The notes beneath the pieces were generated by a model, which was given only the letters and a program-made list of their open reading frames with translations, was not told the origin of the DNA and made no database searches. Source: Chrysomallon squamiferum (taxonomy: Eukaryota; Animalia; Mollusca). Taken from it: a stretch of DNA of 64,000 nt. The stretch is from positions 1,550,001 to 1,614,000 of the forward strand of contig CM022671.1 in assembly GCA_012295275.1 (NCBI GenBank), in the 5' to 3' direction. Shown here piece by piece: positions 57,691 to 64,000 of this stretch. Numbering within the stretch: the first letter of the stretch is position 1; each line of letters starts with the position of its first letter. Both the position numbers and the translations under genes were made by a program.

Positions 57691-58959
57691 GTAATAATGA
57701 TAATAATAATAACAACAATGATGACAATGACAACAACAACAGTAATAATAATAGTAGCAGTAGTAGTAATAATATTTATAATAATAATGATTATAATTTT
57801 AATTATAACACCAATAATAACAGTATAGTAATAATAAAAATAAGTACAGTGATAGTAAGTATAATGACATTAACCATAACCATAACCATAACAACAATGA
57901 TAACTGTGGTGGTGGTGGTAGTAGTAGTAGTAGTGCACCAGTAATGTTGTAGTTGTCAACTGTACCTCATTTTCTGAAAGTGTGTGGAAGCCAAATTTTT
58001 CTAAAGCTTGTTTTTCCACTTCTGAAAACACTGGATCATAAATATCACTGTTTGACAATGGAATCTAGAAAATAAATAAAATTCTTTTGGAAAGAGAAAA
58101 ATGAGAGAAAAATAGACATTCTTCAGTATATCTTTTAATAATCTAAAACATGCACTGCATATTTCTTCCAAGATATATTTTCCTAGACAGTTCTAGACGG
58201 TAAATATATTTCCATATAATAATCACAACAGATGCTACTTACCTTCAACTGTTCTTGAATAGCCATCAGAAGACAGAGTTGGTACCGAGCAATCAGGCAG
58301 GTGGAGAAATGTCCAATTCCATAACAAACAAACTGTACAACAGAACACTCTGCAGTCTGTTGTGACTCTGAAAGACTGGACTTCTTCAGTAAATCTGAAT
58401 GAATGAATGAATGAATGTTTAATGACACTCCAGCACAAAAAACATAACGGTTGAACAAAAGTAAATGTAACAAACTGGTGATTTACTTTACATAGAAAAA
58501 TTCAAAATTAGTCAAACCACAATGTAAAGAGCTTTACTTAAATTAAAATTTATAGTAAAATTCTGTAAACTCTCAACAATTTTAAAACAAGTTTCATCAT
58601 TTATTTGACAAATATATCCTTCTCTATCTGCCTAAGATGATCACACTCCACCAAAATGTGGTGCACTGTCTGAATACACTGAAGTGTTCACTCTGAGGTA
58701 AGAAATCCTTCTTCAGGATAAATGAATGGGTTAAAATCGAAAAAATATATTGGTGAGTTTGATGCTTAAAATCATTGTAAGGCACATCAACCTCATCACA
58801 AGGCAAATCTAAAGCAGACTTGTTTTTAACATATTTTAGATGGGTACAAATGATAATTTCCTGTTGAATATAATCCCCAGAAATTTAGTCTCTTCCACAA
58901 TAGGAATTGGACTTTTGTCAAGTAAACTGTGTGAATGTTTGTGTGTGCACACACATGCA

Positions 58960-58990
<31 letters not shown>

Positions 58991-60065
58991 CACATTTGTG
59001 AAATTGTGGATACTGAGAATCTGGTTCTCGTATTTTCTGATAATCATGCTCTAAACTTCTACTGTAAACTTCTCAAAATTATCAGAAATATATAACAATT
59101 ATTTATTAAATAAATTACTTTTGTTTTTAAATTATTTATTATATTTGTACTATTCCTTCCCCCCCCATCCATTCAAGGAACTCGATTTACCAAAGAATAT
59201 TTATTATTTAATTTTTAATTTTTAAATTTTCAATTTTAAAAATTTAACAACATCTTGAAAGAATCTGTTTAATAAATCATAAACTTACTGCAAACATCTC
59301 TAAAAAAGTTGCACTCTTTTACTTCATCCCTGTAAAATAGAAAATATAAATTTATTTATATTAAAATTCTCTTTCTAAAAATAACTAAGCAGTGTCTGTT
59401 CAAAACAAGTTTATTTAAAAATAATAACAGTAATTAATTTTTTTAATTTCTTTCTAAAACTAATATTTTCATGCTGAAAAATATACAAAATGTACTGATC
59501 ACTACAAATTAATCACCCATTATCCAAGATAAAACAAGACACTGTCAATGTTTGAACAACATAATTATAATCAGAGGTGATACAAACACACAACACACAT
59601 TATGTAAGCATTAATTCCTCAGTAATATTAGATATTTACAAAATTTATAACTGCAGTGTTCTACATAATAATTTTTCTTTTCTTCAAATATTACTATAAT
59701 ACGATCAACAACGTGAATAATATTAACAAAACAAAAACTAAATAACTAGTGTTAGATGTAAAAAGGGTATCTCTATCAGTTCAGTCAGTTCTGCACTGGA
59801 TTCTCAGCTTCAGTATTTATTAGTGGGCACTGAGTTAACTTATATTCTGAATAAGACATTTAATACAATTACCAGCAACGTTCCACTTTTATTATCAGAT
59901 CCTCCAGAGTTATCTTCAAATCTGCTGTCTCTAGTGTACTGAGGTGTGGATGTTTAACTTTTGTACTTCTTATTTTCCTCCCTTTCTTCTGAGTCACCAA
60001 ACAGAAACCACCATCATCATCATCATCGTTATTGCAATGACATTTAGCTACAACATATTTTAAAT
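56193..60065 (-). CDS. SRRD: SRR1-domain protein (SRRD / SRR1-like): exons 60065 (or 60047)..59873, 59329..59289, 58394..58243, 58064..57966, 57533..57382, 57099..57054, 56375..56193
   Basis: Phase-consistent exons spell GFCLVTQKKGRK, FVCYGIGHFSTCLIARYQL, IYDPVFSEVE, LSENE|EGKR, MPHCGKALYNNLLYENW, VGNSF, VFNDLSVHFF and EEPVYDDEDLEII. These match SRR1-family motifs as recalled from human SRRD (CVCYGIGNF, YDPLFS, SENEEGKR, HCGTALYNNLL, GNSF, FNDTSVH). Confidence 0.92.
56376..57053 (-). other. U12-type (minor spliceosome) GT-AG intron in SRRD
   Basis: 5' site GTATCCTTT (57053-57045) and branch point TTCCTTAAC (56394-56386) ending 10 nt before the 3' end of the intron, with no polypyrimidine tract. 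Confidence 0.92.
57054..57099 (-). CDS. SRRD: SRRD exon (TPKRLLEKTGSYIIR)
   Basis: aattcag| ... AGA|gtatccttt (U12 donor). Confidence 0.85.
57382..57533 (-). CDS. SRRD: SRRD exon (EGKRQCEVPSLVLMPHCGKALYNNLLYENW...VGNSFSSMIHR)
   Basis: tacccag| ... AG|gtagtt. Confidence 0.9.
57541..57935. repeat. (AAT/AAC/GTA)n triplet low-complexity tract filling an SRRD intron
   Basis: Directly visible. Confidence 0.85.
57966..58064 (-). CDS. SRRD: SRRD exon (IPLSNSDIYDPVFSEVEKQALEKFGFHTLSENE)
   Basis: ttttctag| ... GAG|gtacag. Confidence 0.9.
58243..58394 (-). CDS. SRRD: SRRD exon (LLKKSS...FVCYGIGHFSTCLIARYQLCLLMAIQEQLK)
   Basis: cattcag| ... AAG|gtaagt; SRR1 core motif. Confidence 0.9.
58397..58925 (-). 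mobile_element. Internally deleted, degenerate non-LTR retrotransposon (RNase H-bearing, I-like LINE) fragment with (CATT)n tail
   Basis: Broken frames give LDKSPIPIVEETKFLGIIFNRKLSFVP (RT C-terminus), KSALDLPCDEVDVPYNDFKH (end of RNase H region) and LTHSFILKKDFLPQSEH...TVHHILVEC (C-terminal Zn-knuckle region). Ends in gtgctggagtgtcattaaa(catt)n. Recognised from recalled family motifs. Confidence 0.7.
59289..59329 (-). CDS. SRRD: SRRD 41-nt exon (DEVKECNFFRDVC)
   Basis: ttttacag| ... A|gtaagt; bridges phase 2 to phase 1 exactly. Confidence 0.8.
59873..60065 (-). CDS. SRRD: SRRD first exon, no in-frame ATG ((D)LKYVVAKCHCNNDDDDDGGFCLVTQKKGRKIRSTK...KVERC)
   Basis: Open frame across the exon; donor TG|gtaatt; 5' boundary uncertain (acceptors giving exon starts 60065, 60047, 59988). 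Confidence 0.7.
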
Positions 60066-60510
60066 CTGTTAATACATTTGTTATTATAAGTGTGAAATAA
60101 TTTGCATAATACTGTTGTACATATCAAATATTTAATTTTAATGTGTCATTAATTTAAAAAAAGTCCCTTTACAACTTACATTGTTTATTATATATTTTTA
60201 AATCTTTATTTGTGAAACTGATAATTTTAATCTTTATAAATAATAAAAAAAATTGTTTTAAAAAATTATATAATTCAACTGATAATTACAATAATAACAA
60301 AAAATCAAAAAATTAAAAATATTTTGAACATATAGCAGATAACAGGAAATATCAAAATATAATGGCAGATAATAATAAAAGAATAAAATATATTTCACTG
60401 TACAAATTTCTAATATTTAAAATAATAAAAATATAAAGGCAACTAATAACAGTTAGTATTAAGAAAATGCAAATTAATGATATACAAATTAAATACCTAC
60501 CTATACATAC

Positions 60511-60973
60511 CTTTCTCAGTTTCTTTCATACTTTGGTTTTCTAACTCATGTTTGCTATCACCAGCCAAGTCACTTGATTTTTTATCTGATCTTTCACTTT
60601 CTATCATTTTATACCCTGTTTCACATTCGTCTTCCATTTCTAAATTCCCAGATTTGAATAAAACTGACGACTTTCTCTCCATTTCTTTATTTGTGTTCAA
60701 ACAACAATTTTCTCCAGCACTGCATTTGTCAAGTATGATTTTATCTTTTTCACTGCTCTCAGTTACTGGCGGTTTATCCATTTTCAAATCCTTTTCCTGG
60801 ATGATGTCACCAGCCTCATTTCCAGAAGTCCTGATTCTGATTGGTTGAGACCTGCGAGATCGCTGAGGTCTGTGGACCTCATTGTTAACAGTCCACGGAC
60901 CCAAACTGTCGTTAGCGTAAAAGTCCATGGGATAAACATCTCGCCACTGTGTGCTGTTCAGAGCTACAGACAG
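60511..60973 (-). CDS. DPH1: DPH1 exon with conserved end ([17 protein letters not shown]) plus ~120-aa charged low-complexity extension
   Basis: ccactcag|; phase-1 donor GAG AAA G|gtatgt at 60511. Read-through would stop at TAG 60497 (GMYR*). Confidence 0.85.
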
Positions 60974-62010
60974 CTGAGTGGAAAGAAAAACTATTTTTAT
61001 ATATATATAGTCTGAACACACTGAATAATTTTATTTATAAATGCCCAAATTATTTTTTTATTTATTTTTCACAACTACTCTTTGCTAATTATAGAGTTTG
61101 ACAACGTGAAGCCCTTGGAAGTGCATAGAAGGCTATCTTGCCATACTGATTTTATACATAAACTGCATAAAAGCCTTCTTACTGAGCAAACAAGTGTTAG
61201 CTTCTTTATTTTTTATTTTAATGTCACTCTTTATTATTTGCAAAAATTGGTACATATAAAAACATACAAGGCAGTTTGTTCATAACACAACAATTTCAAC
61301 TTAAGCTGAAATAAAATTAAATAAAATAAACAGCTGGTCTGAAACTTCCATATATGCAGATAGATATTACGGAACACATAAACACATTTAGCGTATTTTC
61401 ATGTACATATTTAATTTTACTTTATCTCTTGACACAACTATTTTGCTTGTGTAAAAATTTCTGTAAGATACCTTCACTAATATTTAAACAGCTAAAAATA
61501 ATAATAATAATAATAAAAGAAATGTAGACTTACTTCATAAGGTGACAGCAGAGGTTTATCAAAGGCTGCACCCCAGTCTATGGAAAGTCTAGGACAGGCT
61601 ATCTGAACCCATCTGAAAACACATAACATCTACATTTTACTTTCTATGTGGTAAAGTGATTTTTTACTTAGTTTATTCTGTTAACAAATTCTGCAGATGT
61701 TTGTTTCTAATGTCTTCTAAACATTAAATCAAAGAACAACTTCAGTCATAACAGTTTACAAATTTAATGACAATATTTACAATTTTTCTCTTGAACAATA
61801 TTTTTATCAGTTTAAAATAAACTTTGACAGCTGTATATCGTAAACGTGATCCTGTGATGAGAAATTTGTAGTGAAAATAACACTCACGCATCAACATCTG
61901 AAAAGAGTTTGAGTTTGTCAGGATACAGTTCTGACAGTAGAACTGTCACACTCTGTCGGCCAGTGTCAGTGATCCTCTTTTGAAGATGCTGATAAAAAAT
62001 ATATGACATA

Positions 62011-62041
<31 letters not shown>

Positions 62042-62518
62042 ACCAGTATCTGTACATACATATATACACACATACACACACATATACTTTGACAAGCACT
62101 AAAAATACAGAATAAGCTTTCTGAAAACCAGAAAACCAGAAAATATCAGAAAAACCATTCTAGTATTTCAGCCACTGTCTTTCTTTAAAATCAGTTAACA
62201 AAAACAGACAACTAATTTGCCACATCTTGGTTCTAATAACATTCTTATTTCTTACATTTACTCTGTATTTACAATTTCTTTTTTCTAAAATGTTCTTTCT
62301 GATTAAAATATGTTAAACAATTGTCTAAGGATTATTTTGATGAATGTATGAATGAATTATCGTGCTGAACTATATATATACAATTTTATTATTATTACTA
62401 ACACTACTACTACTATTTCTTAAATTAATTCAAAATTTTAAAATTTTTAAATAAATTAAATCCTAAATTATCTATAGAGAACAAATGTTTAAAAAAAAAT
62501 AAAATAAAAAATATAAAA

Positions 62519-62549
<31 letters not shown>

Positions 62550-64000
62550 AATTTTAAAAAGAGGAACATGTCAATATATTCACTGACGAATTTTTCCGTT
62601 ACACTGTACCTCCAGTATTTTTGGTGATCCCTGTCGACCGAGAGTTCCAAACACAATTCCAATCCTGCTGGCCTGTGACGCGATTCTAATAGCAGACTGA
62701 CGAACTTCGTGCATTTTTTTAATGTCATAGTACTCACGTGAGAAATCTTTACTGTACGGATCATATCTGAACAAAAACAAAAATAAAACTATTAAGAATA
62801 TGTTAAGATATGGATCAAATGTGAAACAAAAGATTTTCATTATTCTATGGATCATATATGAAATTAATGACCAACCTGTAAGCTGGAATGGTTGGATTGT
62901 GAATCATTATAGATTCTAAGTGAAATCTCCCATCTCCGAGATATCTGAAAATATCAACTACAAGATAAGTAAAACATGAACATTTTAAAATAAAAATGAT
63001 ATTTTTAGATTAGGCGCAAAAGATAGTGTCCTGTCAAATACATTTTTTGTCTCCTTTGCAACTGTTTTGAGAATTTTGTCAAGCTATTACTGTGTTCTAA
63101 ATAAAGACACATTCTGACAGAAATGCATTCAGAACACACCACATGTAAATGATTAAACTACAATCTGCAGAATAAGTAACATAAATTATTGCTTTTCTTT
63201 CTATTATAATTACATTTTTATTGAAACAAGGAATGAACTTAACTAAATTTCATTTCTAAAAACACAAACATAAAACAATATTTACATGATTGCATCTGTG
63301 TTATGAAGTCTGGGAGAGGTACACCCGAGAATCTCACCAGGAGAGAGAGGTTTTGACTGTGGGATGTTCACTGTGAAGTCTTTACTGAGAACACTGCTAG
63401 CTGACTGAAATTAGATCAGTTATATAAATATATACCAGCTTAAGAAACCTGAAATACTTTTATACAACATTTATACATCTGTTACAACATAATAACCAAA
63501 AAATGAAACTCTCACTGCAACATTAAGGGATATTCAAAAAAACTATTAGTTTACCTGTAACTAACTGCTTGATGAGTGACAACTACATTTCTGAGCAAAG
63601 GGCTGTTCCTAATGATTAAACTGAATGGTCAATAAACTACAGCCATGTTTGAAAGTAAAATGATATTGCTAATGACTACATAGCTGACAAGTGACAACTG
63701 TGTTTCAGAACAATAAAGTCTTTCCTAAAGGCTAAAGAGCTGAGTTACCTGAAAACTGTGTTTCAGAACAATAAAGTCTTTCCTAAAGGCTAAAGAGCTG
63801 AGTTACCTGAAAACTGTGTTTCAGAACAATAAAGTCTTTCCTAAAGGCTAAAGAGCTGAGTTACCTGAAAACTGTGTTTCAGAACAATAAAGTCTTTCCT
63901 AATGGCTAAAGAGCCAAGTTACCTGAAGGGCTGTGACAAACTGAATGGTGCTGACGAATGCCAGAGAAGACCCAGGTGTGAAGTTAAACTGAACAGTCTC
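60511..64000 (-). CDS. DPH1: DPH1 (2-(3-amino-3-carboxypropyl)histidine synthase subunit 1), 5'-partial: exons 64000..63923, 63404..63286, 62944..62876, 62766..62610, 61988..61888, 61612..61534, 60973..60511
   Basis: Phase-consistent GT-AG exons spell [93 protein letters not shown] and [15 protein letters not shown], all DPH1 hallmarks. The gene continues past the window edge. Confidence 0.95.
61534..61612 (-). CDS. DPH1: DPH1 exon ([26 protein letters not shown])
   Basis: ttttcag| ... GAA|gtaagt; ACPRL motif. Confidence 0.92.
61888..61988 (-). CDS. DPH1: DPH1 exon ([33 protein letters not shown])
   Basis: ttttatcag| ... GC|gtgagt. Confidence 0.9.
62610..62766 (-). CDS. DPH1: DPH1 exon ([14 protein letters not shown]...[13 protein letters not shown])
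   Basis: ttgttcag| ... GAG|gtacag. Confidence 0.92.
62876..62944 (-). CDS. DPH1: DPH1 exon ([23 protein letters not shown])
   Basis: ttttcag| ... AG|gttggt. Confidence 0.92.
63286..63404 (-). CDS. DPH1: DPH1 exon ([39 protein letters not shown])
   Basis: tttcag| ... AT|gtaaat; GEILGCT motif with a conserved Cys. Confidence 0.92.
63696..63927. repeat. Tandem repeat, 58-bp unit, 4 copies, spanning a DPH1 donor site
   Basis: tttcagaacaataaagtc recurs at 63703, 63761, 63819 and 63877. Confidence 0.95.
63923..64000 (-). CDS. DPH1: DPH1 exon (partial; [26 protein letters not shown])
   Basis: Open frame to the window edge; donor CAG|gtaact. Confidence 0.88.

Noticed and set aside
60477-60848. 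123-aa plus-strand ORF
   Set aside because: Antisense shadow of the DPH1 extension exon.

Overview
Eukaryotic (animal, probably mollusc-like; inferred from composition and repeat style), very AT-rich, microsatellite-dense genomic DNA. Bases ~1-35,000 contain no recognisable protein-coding exon. They alternate between simple repeats and CpG-retaining, TAAT-rich islands that look like a regulatory gene desert. Bases 36,101-50,738 (+) hold a complete 12-coding-exon phosphorylase kinase gamma gene (PHKG, ~388 aa), with a candidate alternative first coding exon and a six-fold duplicated splice acceptor. On the minus strand, the 3' part of DPH1 (diphthamide synthesis; 5' end beyond the window) is followed by a 7-exon SRR1-domain (SRRD) coding unit. 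The first SRRD exon has no in-frame ATG and is phase-compatible with the last DPH1 donor, which predicts a DPH1-SRRD fusion protein switchable by 3' splice-site choice. The last SRRD intron is a textbook U12-type intron. All exon structures were read by hand and no database search was run. Most entries in the ORF track are microsatellite artefacts.
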